A DNA stretch of 64,000 nucleotides from an uncultured Actinomycetes bacterium (GTDB lineage: Bacteria > Actinomycetota > UBA4738 > HRBIN12): positions 23,644-87,643 of the forward strand of contig CAWAAO010000013.1 of the NCBI GenBank assembly GCA_963780015.1. Reading direction: 5' to 3'. Of the stretch, positions 38,871 to 49,392 are shown piece by piece. Each line of letters opens with the position of its first letter. The stretch's first letter is position 1. Both the position numbers and the translations under genes were made by a program. The notes under the pieces are model-generated. The model worked only from the letters and a program-made list of their open reading frames with translations. It did not search any database and was not told the DNA's origin.

Positions 38871-39845
38871 GTGAAGGACATCGGACTCGTCGGCGCCGGC
38901 TTCTCGGGGAAGTCCACGCTGTTCACGGCGCTCACGCACGCCGGTTCGCACGGCGGGCAGGCGAACGTGGCCGTCGTCCCGGTGCCCGATCCGCGCCTGC
39001 AGGTGCTGACGGACCTCGAGCGTTCGAAGAAGACGGTCGCGGCCCAGGTCCGTTTCGTGGATGTGCCCGGCGGGCTGTCGAGCGCGCAGTCGGTCGCGAA
39101 GCTCCGCGAAGTCGAGGCGCTCGCGGTGGTCGTCCGGTGCTTCGGCACCGATGCGTCGCCCGCCGCGGAGGTGGCCGATGTGCGGGCGGACCTGCTGCTG
39201 GCCGACCTGTCGGTGATCGAGTCCGCGCTGACGAAGGCGGTGAAGAAGGCCCGGGGAAAGCCGGGGATCGAGGTCGAGGCGCTGGAGGCCGCGAAGACCG
39301 CGCTGGATGCCGAGACACCGCTTCGCGACGCGAAGCTCGCGACCGAGCACATCGCCGAGCTCAAGGGCATCGCCCCCCTGACCCTGAAGCCGGAGATCGT
39401 GATCGCCAACCTCGAGGAGGGCACCGAGGTGCCCGCCGAACTCGGTGACGCGGTCGGGGTCTACGCGGCGATCGAGGCCGAGGTCGCGGAGATGGACGCA
39501 GCCGAGGCCCGCGCCCTGCTCGAGGAATTCGGCGTCACCGAGCCGGGCCTCGAGACCGTGATCGCCGCGTGCTACCGGGCGCTGGACCTGATCACGTTCC
39601 TCACCACCGGCGAGGACGAGACGCGTGCCTGGGAGGTCGGTCGAGGCGCGAACGCTCCCGAGGCGGCCGGCGCGATCCACACCGACCTGCAACGCGGGTT
39701 CATCCGCGCCGACGTGATCGGCTACGACGATCTGGTCGCCGCCGGGTCGATGGACGCCGCCAAGGCGGCCGGCAAGGTGCGCGTCGAGGGCAAGGACTAC
39801 CTGGTCGCCGAGGGCGACATCCTGAACATCCGCTTCGCCGTGTGA
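38871..39845 (+). CDS. ychF: redox-regulated ribosome-binding ATPase YchF
   Basis: GLVGAGFSGKSTLFTALT G1, ...; GTG start; 324 aa. Confidence 0.85.
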   Translation: MKDIGLVGAGFSGKSTLFTALTHAGSHGGQANVAVVPVPDPRLQVLTDLERSKKTVAAQVRFVDVPGGLSSAQSVAKLREVEALAVVVRCFGTDASPAAEVADVRADLLLADLSVIESALTKAVKKARGKPGIEVEALEAAKTALDAETPLRDAKLATEHIAELKGIAPLTLKPEIVIANLEEGTEVPAELGDAVGVYAAIEAEVAEMDAAEARALLEEFGVTEPGLETVIAACYRALDLITFLTTGEDETRAWEVGRGANAPEAAGAIHTDLQRGFIRADVIGYDDLVAAGSMDAAKAAGKVRVEGKDYLVAEGDILNIRFAV

Positions 39846-39915
39846 AGCCCGACACGTACTCGTCCCTCACTCCAGACATCCCAATCGCAAGGTTTTCCTC
39901 TATATTGCTCGCCTT

Positions 39916-40308
39916 ATGACTGGCTATCGGATCGGTGAGGCGGCGAGGCTCCTTGGTGTCCGGGTCGAGACACTCCGTCGGTGGGAGGCGGAGGGAACCC
40001 TGACCGTCGAACGAACGCCCGGCGGTCAACGCCTGGTTCCCGAGGCGGAGGTCGCCCGCATCCTGACCGAGCGCCGGGCCGAGAAACCCGCGCCCGCGCA
40101 CACGAGCCGACGCAACGCCTTTCCCGGCGTCGTCACCAAGGTCACCAAGGACAAGGTCTCCGCGCAGATCGAGATCCAGGCGGGACCGCATCGGGTGGTC
40201 TCCCTCATCACGAGGGAGGCCGCCGACGAGCTCGGGCTGAAGCCCGGGATGGAAGCCGTCGCCACCGTCAAGGCGACGAGCGTGATGGTGGAGGTCGTTG
40301 ACCGATGA
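39916..40308 (+). CDS. MerR/excisionase-type HTH + TOBE (molybdate-binding) domain protein (ModE-like)
   Basis: YRIGEAARLLGVRVETLRRWEAEG HTH; C-terminal TOBE; directly upstream of modABC. Confidence 0.7.
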   Translation: MTGYRIGEAARLLGVRVETLRRWEAEGTLTVERTPGGQRLVPEAEVARILTERRAEKPAPAHTSRRNAFPGVVTKVTKDKVSAQIEIQAGPHRVVSLITREAADELGLKPGMEAVATVKATSVMVEVVDR

Positions 40309-41099
40309 TGAAGAAGGCGTTGTGGACCCTGTTGGTGCCGGCACTGATCGTGGCGACCGCGTGCTCCTCGGACAGCTCGAGCAGCGCGGCCACATCCGCA
40401 AGCTCGTCCGCTGCGGGGACGGAGCTCACCGTCTTCGCCGCGTCGTCGCTCACCGGCGCCTTCACCCAGATGGGCACCGACTTCGAGGCGGCGAACCCGG
40501 GCGTGCACGTGACGTTCAACTTCGGCTCCTCGACCGACCTCGCCGCCCAGATCGCGAGCGAGGGAACCGCCGACGTCTTCGCCTCGGCAAGCGGCACGGC
40601 GATGGACGCGGCCGCCGCGGACCCCGGCGTCGAGGATCGAGCCGACTTCGCCACGAATCAACTGGTGATCATCACGCCCTCGGACGACCCGGCGAACATC
40701 GGGTCCGTCGACGATCTCGCCAATGACGGCGTCCAGGTCGTGCTCGCCGCCGAGGGTGTGCCGGTCGGCGACTACGCGCGGGAGATGCTCGACAACGCCG
40801 GCATCTCGAAGGATGTCCTCGCGAACGTGGTCTCCAACGAGCCGGACGACGCGGCGGTCGTCGCGAAGGTGTCGTCGGGGGAGGCCGACGCGGGCATCGT
40901 GTACACGTCCGACATCACGACGGCGGACGTCGGATCCGTGGCGGTGCCCGCCGACATCAACGTGACCGCGACCTACCCGATCGCGGTCGTCACCGGCGCG
41001 CCGCAATCCGATCTGGCCACATCGTTCGTGACCTACGTCACCGGCGCGCCGGGGCAGGCGACGCTCGCCTCGTTCGGGTTCGGGCCACCGCCCGGATAG
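40305..41099 (+). CDS. modA: molybdate ABC transporter substrate-binding lipoprotein
   Basis: lipobox LIVATAC; LTVFAASSLTGAF... ModA pattern. Confidence 0.85.
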   Translation: MMKKALWTLLVPALIVATACSSDSSSSAATSASSSAAGTELTVFAASSLTGAFTQMGTDFEAANPGVHVTFNFGSSTDLAAQIASEGTADVFASASGTAMDAAAADPGVEDRADFATNQLVIITPSDDPANIGSVDDLANDGVQVVLAAEGVPVGDYAREMLDNAGISKDVLANVVSNEPDDAAVVAKVSSGEADAGIVYTSDITTADVGSVAVPADINVTATYPIAVVTGAPQSDLATSFVTYVTGAPGQATLASFGFGPPPG

Positions 41100-41101
41100 C
41101 G

Positions 41102-41884
41102 ATGCGCCGGCGTCTTCCCCTCCCCATCCTCGTCGCGGCACTGATCGGCGGCGCCTTCGTGGTGCTGCCGGTGGTGGCGCTCGTCGCGAGGGCACCGTGG
41201 GGGCGCTTCGGCGACGTCCTCGCCGGTGAGGGGGCGCGGACGGCGCTTCGCCTGTCGCTGGAGGTCTCGCTTGCGGCGACGGCGCTGTCGGTCCTGTTCG
41301 GCGTGCCGCTGGCGTGGGTCCTCGCGCGGCGCGAGTTCCGCGGCCGCGCCGTCTTGCGCGCGATGGTGGTGCTGCCCATCGTGTTGCCACCGGTCGTCGC
41401 GGGTGTCGGGCTCCTGGAGGCGCTCGGTCGTCGCGGCATGGTCGGCGGCTGGCTCGATCGCACCTTCGGCATCCAGCTCACGTTCTCCACCGCCGGCGCC
41501 ATCGTCGCGGCCACGTTCGTGTCGATGCCGTTGGTCATCCTTGCGACCGAGGCCGGGTTCCGCGGGCTCGACCGCCGCTACGAACAGGCTGCCGGCGTGC
41601 TCGGGGCCTCGCCCGGCTACACCCTGCGGCGTGTCGTGCTCCCGATGGTCTCGCCGCAGCTGGCCGCCGGCGCCGTGCTCGCGTGGGCGCGGGCGCTCGG
41701 CGAGTTCGGCGCGACGATCACCTTCGCCGGGAACCTGCAGGGACGGACGCAGACCGTGCCGTTGGCGGTGTACCAGCAGCTGCAGACCGACCGGGACGGC
41801 GCCGTCGCACTGTCGCTCGTGCTCGTCGTCGTGTCGATCGCCGTGCTGGTGGCGCTGCGGGAACGGATCATGGGAGCGCGCTGA
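41102..41884 (+). CDS. modB: molybdate ABC transporter permease
   Basis: EAA-like loop ALGEFGATITFAGN; 260 aa. Confidence 0.85.
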   Translation: MRRRLPLPILVAALIGGAFVVLPVVALVARAPWGRFGDVLAGEGARTALRLSLEVSLAATALSVLFGVPLAWVLARREFRGRAVLRAMVVLPIVLPPVVAGVGLLEALGRRGMVGGWLDRTFGIQLTFSTAGAIVAATFVSMPLVILATEAGFRGLDRRYEQAAGVLGASPGYTLRRVVLPMVSPQLAAGAVLAWARALGEFGATITFAGNLQGRTQTVPLAVYQQLQTDRDGAVALSLVLVVVSIAVLVALRERIMGAR

Positions 41885-42970
41885 TGGGTCTGCATGCATC
41901 CGTGCGGGTCCGTCGCGGTGCGCACCTCGTCGACGTCGACCTGCACGTCGCCGACGGGGAGGCCGTCGCGCTCGTCGGGCGCAACGGTGCGGGAAAGACC
42001 ACGGTGCTCGAAGCGCTCGCCGGACTCGTCCCGCTGGAGGACGGCAGCATCGAGCTGGGCGACCGTCGGATCGACGCGCTCGATCCGGGCGACGCGGGAT
42101 CGGCTTCGCGTTCCAGGACGGCGTGCTCTTCCCACGGATGAGCGCACGCGAGAACGTCGCGTTCGCGTCGCGTGCGCGCGGCGAACGGGCGACGGCGGCC
42201 CGCGTGCAGGCGGATCGGCTCCTCGCGGACCTCGCGCCCGGCGTCGACCCCGCGGCGAGGCCGGCGCATCTGTCCGGCGGCGAACAGCAGCGCGTGGCGC
42301 TCGCCCGAACGCTCGCGAGCGAGCCCCAGCTGCTGCTTGCTCGACGAGCCACTGGCCGCGGTCGACGCCTCGGCGCGGCCCGGACTTGCGGACGTTGCTC
42401 CGCGACACGCTCGCGGCCTTCGCCGGACCGAGCATCCTCGTCACGCACGATCCGGTCGAGGCGATGACGCTCGCCGACCGCCTCGTGCTCCTCGAGGACG
42501 GTCGGATCACGCAGGTCGGCACGCCCGCAGAGGTACGGAGCCATCCGGCGACCCGCTACGCGGCCGACCTCGTCGGCGTGAACCTCTTCGAGGGCACGCT
42601 CGAGCCCTCCGGGACCGGCACCGGCTCGCTGCGCACCGAGGAGGGCGAGCTGACGGTCGCCTGGCCCGACGGGCTCGAGCGGACGACGACCCCGGGGGTC
42701 CGCGCCACGCTGGCCCCCGCGGAGATCGCCTTGCACGCAGAACGTCCCGAGGGATCGTCACGGAACGCTTTCCACGGCAAGGTGCTCGAGGTGGCGATCG
42801 GTGGCTCCCGCGCGCGCGTCCGCCTCGGCACCGCACCCCCACTCGTGGCGGAGGTCACCACGGGCTCGGTCGAACGGATGGGCCTGGCGCCCGGTATCGA
42901 CGTCTGGGCGTCGTGCAAGGCCGTCGAGATCCACCTCATGGTGCCAACGGCCGGACCCGATACCCTGTAA
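41884..42970 (+). pseudogene. modC: molybdate ABC transporter ATP-binding protein with C-terminal TOBE, 2 frameshifts (~42100, ~42345)
   Basis: Walker A GRNGAGKTT (frame 1), signature LSGGEQQRVALARTL (frame 2), Walker B/H-loop ILVTHD plus TOBE (frame 3); TGATG coupling with modB. Confidence 0.75.
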
Positions 42971-42973
42971 ACC

Positions 42974-43666
42974 GTGAGAACCGAGACCGAGCGCGCGTCG
43001 CTCGCTTCGCCGGAGCCCGACGCGGCAGGTCCGAAGCGCGGCAAGAATCCCGTGACCCGCTTCCTGGGCGAGATGCCGGGCTTGATCATCATGTCGCTGC
43101 TGTTGGCGATCCTGATCAAGACCTTCCTGGTGCAGGCCTTCTACATCCCGAGCGGCTCGATGGAGAACACGCTGCGGATCAACGACCGGGTGCTCGTGTC
43201 GAAGGTGCCCTACTACCTCCACGATCCGCAGCGGGGCGACATCATCGTGTTCACCGACCCGGACCCGAGCAAGCAGCCGCAGCGCAGCCTCATCGGCGGC
43301 GCCGCGCACTGGCTCTTCCAGGGGATCGGGTTCCAGAAGCCCGACGACGAGGACTTCATCAAGCGGGTGATCGGCACGCCCGGGGACACGGTCGTCGGGA
43401 AGAACGGCAAGGTCTTCGTGAACGGCGTCGCGATCGACGAGCCCTACGCGAAGGGCACGACGTCGGAATTCGGTCCGGTGAAGGTGCCCGCCGACATGTA
43501 CTTCGTGATGGGTGACAACCGCCAGAACTCGCAGGACTCGCGGTTCGGGCTCGGCGTGATCGCCGATCCGAAGAAGATGCCGGGGATCGGGTTCATCCCC
43601 CGAGACAACATCGTCGGCAAGGCGTGGGTCATCGTCTGGCCGAAGGCGGACTGGGCCGGCCTCTAG
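42974..43666 (+). CDS. lepB: signal peptidase I
   Basis: IPSGSMENTL (Ser), KRVIGTPGD (Lys), GDNRQNSQDSR boxes. Confidence 0.85.
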   Translation: MRTETERASLASPEPDAAGPKRGKNPVTRFLGEMPGLIIMSLLLAILIKTFLVQAFYIPSGSMENTLRINDRVLVSKVPYYLHDPQRGDIIVFTDPDPSKQPQRSLIGGAAHWLFQGIGFQKPDDEDFIKRVIGTPGDTVVGKNGKVFVNGVAIDEPYAKGTTSEFGPVKVPADMYFVMGDNRQNSQDSRFGLGVIADPKKMPGIGFIPRDNIVGKAWVIVWPKADWAGL

Positions 43667-46017
43667 TCGCTCTCGGCGCGCCACCGCGTGCCGATCGGCC
43701 GTTCCTCCGGCACGAAGAACCGGGCGAACGTCCACGTCAGCGCCGCGATCCCGATCGAGGCGAGCCACACCGTCGGCGGCGGCGGATCCAGCGCGAAGAA
43801 CGTCTGGGTCGCCGGGATGATGAACGCCAGCACCGCGGCGACGCCCATCGACCACACGAGGACGAGCCGCCACGTGTTCAGCGGCGCGGCCACGATCGAC
43901 AACACGAGCAGCCCGACCCACATCAGGGTCATCACCGCGGTGGTCTGCGCCTCGAGCGTCGTGACGCCGGGCTCGCGAGTCGCAAGCGTGTACCCGAGGA
44001 ACGTCGCGGTCGCGGCGAGGAATCCCGCGGGGATCGTGAAGCGCAGGACGCGGTGCACGAACCCCGGTCGGAACCGTCGAGCGCTCGGCGCCAGCGCCAG
44101 GAAGAACGACGGGATCCCGATGGTGAGCGCGCCGATCAGCGTGAGGTGTCGTGGCAGGAACGGGAACACCGTGCCCGCGACGCCGACGGCGAGGGACAGC
44201 AGCATCGCGTAGACGGTCTTGGTCAGGTACAGGTTGGACGTGCGTTCGATGTTGCCGAGCACGCGGCGGCCCTCCGACACCACGCTGGGCAGGGCGTCGA
44301 ACGTCGAGTCGAGCAGCACCAGCTGCGCCACCGCGCGCGTCGCGTCGGCGCCCGTCCCCATCGCCACCCCGATGTCGGCGTCCTTCAGCGCCAGCGCGTC
44401 GTTGACGCCGTCGCCGGTCATCGCGACCGTGTGCCCGCCGCGTTGCAGCACCTGCACCATCGACCGCTTCTGCTGCGGCGTGACGCGGCCGAACACGCTG
44501 TGCCGGTCCAGCGCCTCTGCGAGCGCATCGGGATCGTCGTCGGGCAGCGTGCGCGCGTCGACCGGGGCGTCCGCGCCCTCGAGCCCGAGGCTCGCGGCGA
44601 TCGCGCCCACCGTCGCCGGGGCGTCCCCGCTGAGCACCTTCACCTGCACCTGCTGCTGGGCGAAGTATGCGAGCGTCTGCGCCGCGTCCGGCCGAACCCG
44701 GTCGGCGAGCACGACGAGCGCCACGGGCTCGAGCTCGTCGGGCAGATCGTCGTCCAGTCGCGGGGCGCGTGCGAGCAACAACACCCGCGCGCCGGTCGTC
44801 GCGCTCGCGGCGACGCGGGCCGCGACGTCGGCGTCGTTCGTCAGGATGTCGGGCGCTCCCAACACCCAGGCACCATGACCGACGAACGCGGCGGCGCCCC
44901 ACTTGCGCGCCGACGAGAACGGAACCGTGCGTTCCACCATCCAGCCGTCGGTCGTGGACAGGTTCTGACCGATCGCCAGCAGCGTGGCGTTGGGGGCGGG
45001 ATCGGCCGCCGCGAGCGCCGCGAGCACGGGCTCCGGATCCAGGTCTTCGTCGATCCGCTCGATGCGGTCGAGTGCAAGCCGCCCCTCGGTGAGCGTCCCG
45101 GTCTTGTCGATGCACAGGACATCGACGCGCGCGAGCCCCTCCACCGCCGGCAACTCCTGGACCAGCACCCGTTGCCGGGCGAGGCGCACCACGGCCACGG
45201 AGAAGGCGAGCGAGGTCAACAGCACGAGACCCTCGGGCACCATCGCGACCGTGCCGGCGACCGCCCCGGCCATGGCCGATCGCCACGAGCCGTGCGCACG
45301 GAGCTGACTGGCGAACAGGAGCGCGGCGGTCGGCACGATCGCCCAGGTCACGTATCGAAGGATCCGGTCGATGCCGCTGCGAAGCTCCGAGCGTGTCAGG
45401 GTGAATCGGCGAGCCTCCTGGGCGAGACGAGCCGCGTACGACGCCCCGCCGACATCGGTTGCCCGGGATCGGCCGGTGCCGGCCGCGACGAACGATCCGC
45501 TGAGCACGCGGTCCCCCGCTTGTTTCCGCACCGCCTCCGACTCACCGGTGAGCAGGGATTCGTCCACCTCGAGGCCGTCGGCGATCACGACCTCGCCGTC
45601 GACGACGATCTGGGACCCGGGCCGGAGCGAGAGGATGTCGTCGACCACGATGCTGGACGGCACCAGCTCATGCACCGTTCCGTCGCGCACCACGAGCGCC
45701 TTGGGGGCGGTGAGCAGCGTCAGGCGATCCAGCGTGCGCTTGGCGCGGAGCTCCTGGACGATCCCGATCAAGGCGTTGGCCACCAGGACCACCCCGAACA
45801 AGGCGTCCTGGATCGGTCCCACGATGAGGATCAGCACGAGCATCGCCCCGAGGAGCGCGTTGAACCGCGTCAAGACATTCGCGCGAACGATCTGGACGAC
45901 GGTGCGGGTCGGCGCAGCGGGTACGTCGTTGATCTGGCCGCGCGCCTCGCGCTCCGCGACCTCGGACGCGCTCAGACCGCGGGTCGGATCGACCGTCACG
46001 GTCCCCACGGTTGCCAT
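43663..46017 (-). CDS. cation-transporting P-type ATPase (Ca2+/Mg2+-type, CtpF-like)
   Basis: DKTGTLTEG, TGDGVNDALALK, TGES motifs; 784 aa intact. Confidence 0.85.
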   Translation of the reverse strand: MATVGTVTVDPTRGLSASEVAEREARGQINDVPAAPTRTVVQIVRANVLTRFNALLGAMLVLILIVGPIQDALFGVVLVANALIGIVQELRAKRTLDRLTLLTAPKALVVRDGTVHELVPSSIVVDDILSLRPGSQIVVDGEVVIADGLEVDESLLTGESEAVRKQAGDRVLSGSFVAAGTGRSRATDVGGASYAARLAQEARRFTLTRSELRSGIDRILRYVTWAIVPTAALLFASQLRAHGSWRSAMAGAVAGTVAMVPEGLVLLTSLAFSVAVVRLARQRVLVQELPAVEGLARVDVLCIDKTGTLTEGRLALDRIERIDEDLDPEPVLAALAAADPAPNATLLAIGQNLSTTDGWMVERTVPFSSARKWGAAAFVGHGAWVLGAPDILTNDADVAARVAASATTGARVLLLARAPRLDDDLPDELEPVALVVLADRVRPDAAQTLAYFAQQQVQVKVLSGDAPATVGAIAASLGLEGADAPVDARTLPDDDPDALAEALDRHSVFGRVTPQQKRSMVQVLQRGGHTVAMTGDGVNDALALKDADIGVAMGTGADATRAVAQLVLLDSTFDALPSVVSEGRRVLGNIERTSNLYLTKTVYAMLLSLAVGVAGTVFPFLPRHLTLIGALTIGIPSFFLALAPSARRFRPGFVHRVLRFTIPAGFLAATATFLGYTLATREPGVTTLEAQTTAVMTLMWVGLLVLSIVAAPLNTWRLVLVWSMGVAAVLAFIIPATQTFFALDPPPPTVWLASIGIAALTWTFARFFVPEERPIGTRWRAESD

Positions 46018-46040
46018 CCGTCCAGCCTACGCTGGACGAC

Positions 46041-46430
46041 ATGCCCGGATGGCTGCTCGCGCTGATCGTCGTCGTGGCGATCTACGCCGTGGCTGTGCTG
46101 GCGCTGATCCTGGCGGGACGAGGCGTGGCCGCCCGGGAACTCGCCTTGCTCCTGCCCAACCTGATCCTGCTGTTCAAGGACCTGTTGCGCGATCCGCGCG
46201 TGCCTCGCGGGCCGAAGATCGTGCTCGCGATCGGCATCGTGTGGCTCGTGTCGCCGATCGACCTGCTGCCGGAGTTCCTGCCGGTGATCGGGCCGCTCGA
46301 CGACGCGGTGGTCGCCGCGCTCGTGCTTCGGCATCTGGTGCACCGAGCCGGCGCCGACGTGGTGCGGGAGCACTGGCGGGGCGAGCCCGACACCCTCGAG
46401 CTGATCCTCCGCGGCGCCGGCGCCGCCTAG
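46041..46430 (+). CDS. DUF1232 (YkvA-like) membrane protein
   Basis: SPIDLLPEFLPVIGPLDDAVV conserved DUF1232 motif. Confidence 0.55.
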   Translation: MPGWLLALIVVVAIYAVAVLALILAGRGVAARELALLLPNLILLFKDLLRDPRVPRGPKIVLAIGIVWLVSPIDLLPEFLPVIGPLDDAVVAALVLRHLVHRAGADVVREHWRGEPDTLELILRGAGAA

Positions 46431-46476
46431 GCCGCGGTGATGGACCACCGAGAGCGGTCGCAGTAGGGTTGCCAGG

Positions 46477-46797
46477 ATGTTGCATCCAGGCAAACCACTC
46501 CCGGAGGGAACGGGGCCACCCGCGTCGGCGCTGGACCATCCACCGCACGCGATCGGCCGGTTCGCATCGGCTGCGTCGTTCCTCGCGATCTGGGCAGGGT
46601 GCGCGATGATCTCGTTCTGGCGGACGACGCCGCCGGAGCACGCCGGCCTCATGTTCGCACTGGGGTGCGTCATCGCGCCGATCGCAGGATTCCGGGTCGC
46701 CCGGATCCGAAGTCTTCGGCCGCGGCGCCGCGCCTGCCTCGCGCTCGGCGTCGTGTGCGCCGTGCTCCCATTCCTGCTCGGAGCGGCGCTGCGCTGA
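46477..46797 (+). CDS. hypothetical small membrane protein
   Basis: 106 aa, 3 hydrophobic segments; weak. Confidence 0.35.
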   Translation: MLHPGKPLPEGTGPPASALDHPPHAIGRFASAASFLAIWAGCAMISFWRTTPPEHAGLMFALGCVIAPIAGFRVARIRSLRPRRRACLALGVVCAVLPFLLGAALR

Positions 46798-46798
46798 G

Positions 46799-48179
46799 TC
46801 AGTCGGTTCGCGCCGCAGCCCACGCACGCAGCAGCTCGATCGCCTCAGCCTCGGGGATCAGCCCTCGCTCCATGCGCAGCTCCATCAGAAAGGCCAGCGC
46901 CTCGCCGACGACGGGCCCGGGTGGCACGTCGAGCAGCTCCATCACCTGGCGGCCGTCCAGCGGTGGGCGGATCGCGTCGAGGTTCTCCGCCTCCGCCAGG
47001 GCCGCGATCCGGGCCTCCAGATCGTCCTGCAGTTTCCCGAACGCCTCGGCTCGGCGTTCGTTCCGGGTGGTGACGTCGGCACGGGTGAGCTGGTTCAGCT
47101 TGTCGAGCAGCGGTCCGGCGTCGCGGACGTAGCGACGCACGGCCGCGTCGGTCCATCCCTCCCCTTCCCCGTAGCCGTGGAAGCGGAGGTGCAGCTCGAT
47201 CAGCGTGCACACGTCGTCGATCGTCGCGTTCGGGTAGCGCAACGCGGTCAACCGGGCGCGCGCCATGCGCGCGCCCTCCATCTCGTGGTGATGGAACGTG
47301 ACGCCCTCGGGCGTGATCTTGCGCGTCGCGGGCTTGCCGATGTCGTGCAGGAGCGCCGCCAGCCGCAACACGCCGTCGGGCTCGCACCGCTCGACCACGG
47401 CGTACGTGTGCCGGAGCACGTCCTTGTGCCGATGCACGGGGTCCTGTTCCAGCCGCAGCGCGGGCACCTCGGGCAGGAACCGATCGGCCAGCCCCGTCTC
47501 GACGAGCAGCTCGAGCCCGGCCGGCGCGTGATCGCCGACGAGCAGCTTGTCGAGCTCGTCACGGATCCGTTCCGCCGACACGATCTCGAGGCGATCGCCC
47601 ATCGCGCGCATCGCCTCCACCACGCGAGCCGCCGGCGCGACCTCCAGCTGCGACACGAAGCGGGCCGCTCGGATCATGCGCAAGGGGTCATCGGAGAACG
47701 AGACCTCGGGATCGAGCGGCGTGTCGAGCGTGCGGGCGCGCGAGCGCCTTGACGCCCCCGTAGGGATCGACGAATCCGCCCTCGGGCAGCCGGACGGCCA
47801 TCGCGTTGATCGTGAAATCGCGACGAGACAGGTCGACGAGCACGTCGTCGCCGAACGTCACCGCGGGCTTGCGATGCTCCTCCGCGTAGACCTCCTTGCG
47901 GTAGGTCGTGATCTCGAGGCGCTCGCCGTCCTTGAGCGCGCCGACGGTCCCGAACGTCACCCCCATCAGGTAGCGCCGATCCGCCCATCCCTGCAACACC
48001 TTCGTGGTCTCGGTGGGGTGGGCGGAGGTGCAGAAGTCCAGATCGATGGTCGGACGGCCCAGGATCAGGTCCCGGACGCTCCCACCGACCAGGTACAGCT
48101 CGTGATCGGCGTCCGCGAAGCGCGCCCCGAGCTCCTTGGCGATCGCGGGCACATCGACAACGGTCGGCTGCGGATCCAT
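46799..48179 (-). pseudogene. cca: CCA tRNA nucleotidyltransferase (PcnA-like), one frameshift (~47700)
   Basis: head domain LYLVGGSVRDLILGRPTIDLDF (ORF 47688..48179) and HD domain HRHKDVLRHTYAV...LHDIGKP (ORF 46799..47683) in different frames. Confidence 0.75.
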
Positions 48180-48219
48180 GTCCCGAGGATAGTCGGGCGC
48201 ATCCGGCGCAGCGCTTCGG

Positions 48220-49332
48220 CTAGAAGGGAAGCCCGGACTTCTGATCGTCGGAGAACGCCGACCCGCGGTCGAGCACCCCGGACAGCTGCAGGTCGAAGTC
48301 GTGGGGGCTGGACGCCGTGCGGCGCGCCTCGTCGGTCGTGATCTGCCCGTCCTTGACCAGGTTCACCAGCGCCTGGTCGAAGCTCTGCATGCCGTAGAAG
48401 CCGCCCTCGGCGATCACGTCGACGATCGAGTCCGTCTGCTCGGGGTCGACCAGACGGTCGAAGACGCGCCCGGTGTTCACGAGCACCTCGACGGCGGCGA
48501 CGCGGCCTTTCCCGTCGGCCTTCGGCACGAGCCGCTGCGACACGATGCCGCGGAGCGCGCCGGCGAACGACGTCCGCACCTCCTTGGACTGCTGCGGCGG
48601 GAACAGGTCCAGCACGCGGTTGATCGTCTCCATGCAGTCGATCGTGTGCAGCGTGGAGATCACGAGGTGCCCGGTCTCGGCGGCTTGGATCGCGGACAGC
48701 GCCGAATCGGCGTCGCGGATCTCCCCGACGAAGATCACGTCGGGGTCCTGCCGGACGACGGACTTCAGGGCCGCTGCGTAGGACTCGGTGTCGAGACCGA
48801 CCTCGCGCTGCTGGATGATCGACAAGACGTCGTCGTGGACGACCTCGATCGGGTCTTCGATCGTCACGATGTGCGCGCGACGCGCCCGGTTGATGTAGCC
48901 GATCATCGAGGCGATCGTCGTGGTCTTGCCCGTGCCGGTGGGTCCCGTGATCAGCACGAGACCACGGGGGCTGTCCGCCAGGGTGTGCATCACGTCGGGC
49001 AGCCGAAGCTCTTCGAAATTCGGGATCTCCGAACGAACGCGCCGCACCGCCAGGCCGACAAGACCACGCTGCCGGAACACGTTGATGCGGAATCGCCCCA
49101 CGCCCTGGAGCGTGTACCCGATGTCCGCCTCGTTGTGCGCTTCGAACAGCGCCCGCTTGTGCTCGCTCATCACGCCGTCACCGAAGGTCACCGTGTCCTG
49201 CGGCGTCAGCACCGGGTAGGACGTGGGCTGCAGGTCGCCGTCCACGCGAAGGAACGGCACGTTGCCAACCTTCAGGTGAAGGTCGCTCGCACCGCGCTCC
49301 ACGGTGTGCCGAAGCAGCTCGTCGATGTTCAT
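48220..49332 (-). CDS. pilT: type IV pilus retraction ATPase PilT
   Basis: GPTGTGKTTT Walker A, IVTIEDPIE, Asp box, His box GHLVISTLHT; 370 aa. Confidence 0.8.
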   Translation of the reverse strand: MNIDELLRHTVERGASDLHLKVGNVPFLRVDGDLQPTSYPVLTPQDTVTFGDGVMSEHKRALFEAHNEADIGYTLQGVGRFRINVFRQRGLVGLAVRRVRSEIPNFEELRLPDVMHTLADSPRGLVLITGPTGTGKTTTIASMIGYINRARRAHIVTIEDPIEVVHDDVLSIIQQREVGLDTESYAAALKSVVRQDPDVIFVGEIRDADSALSAIQAAETGHLVISTLHTIDCMETINRVLDLFPPQQSKEVRTSFAGALRGIVSQRLVPKADGKGRVAAVEVLVNTGRVFDRLVDPEQTDSIVDVIAEGGFYGMQSFDQALVNLVKDGQITTDEARRTASSPHDFDLQLSGVLDRGSAFSDDQKSGLPF

Positions 49333-49392
49333 CCCCGCTGTTATGTCGGCAGGGAAGGCTCCGAGCCTGAGCGCGGCTAGTATCCGCACGTC

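Noticed and set aside
36667-38874. 735-aa plus-strand ORF spanning the metalloprotease, sodX and sodN region
   Set aside because: Extreme R/P/G/A composition. Antisense to two well-supported genes. sodN lies in a different frame.
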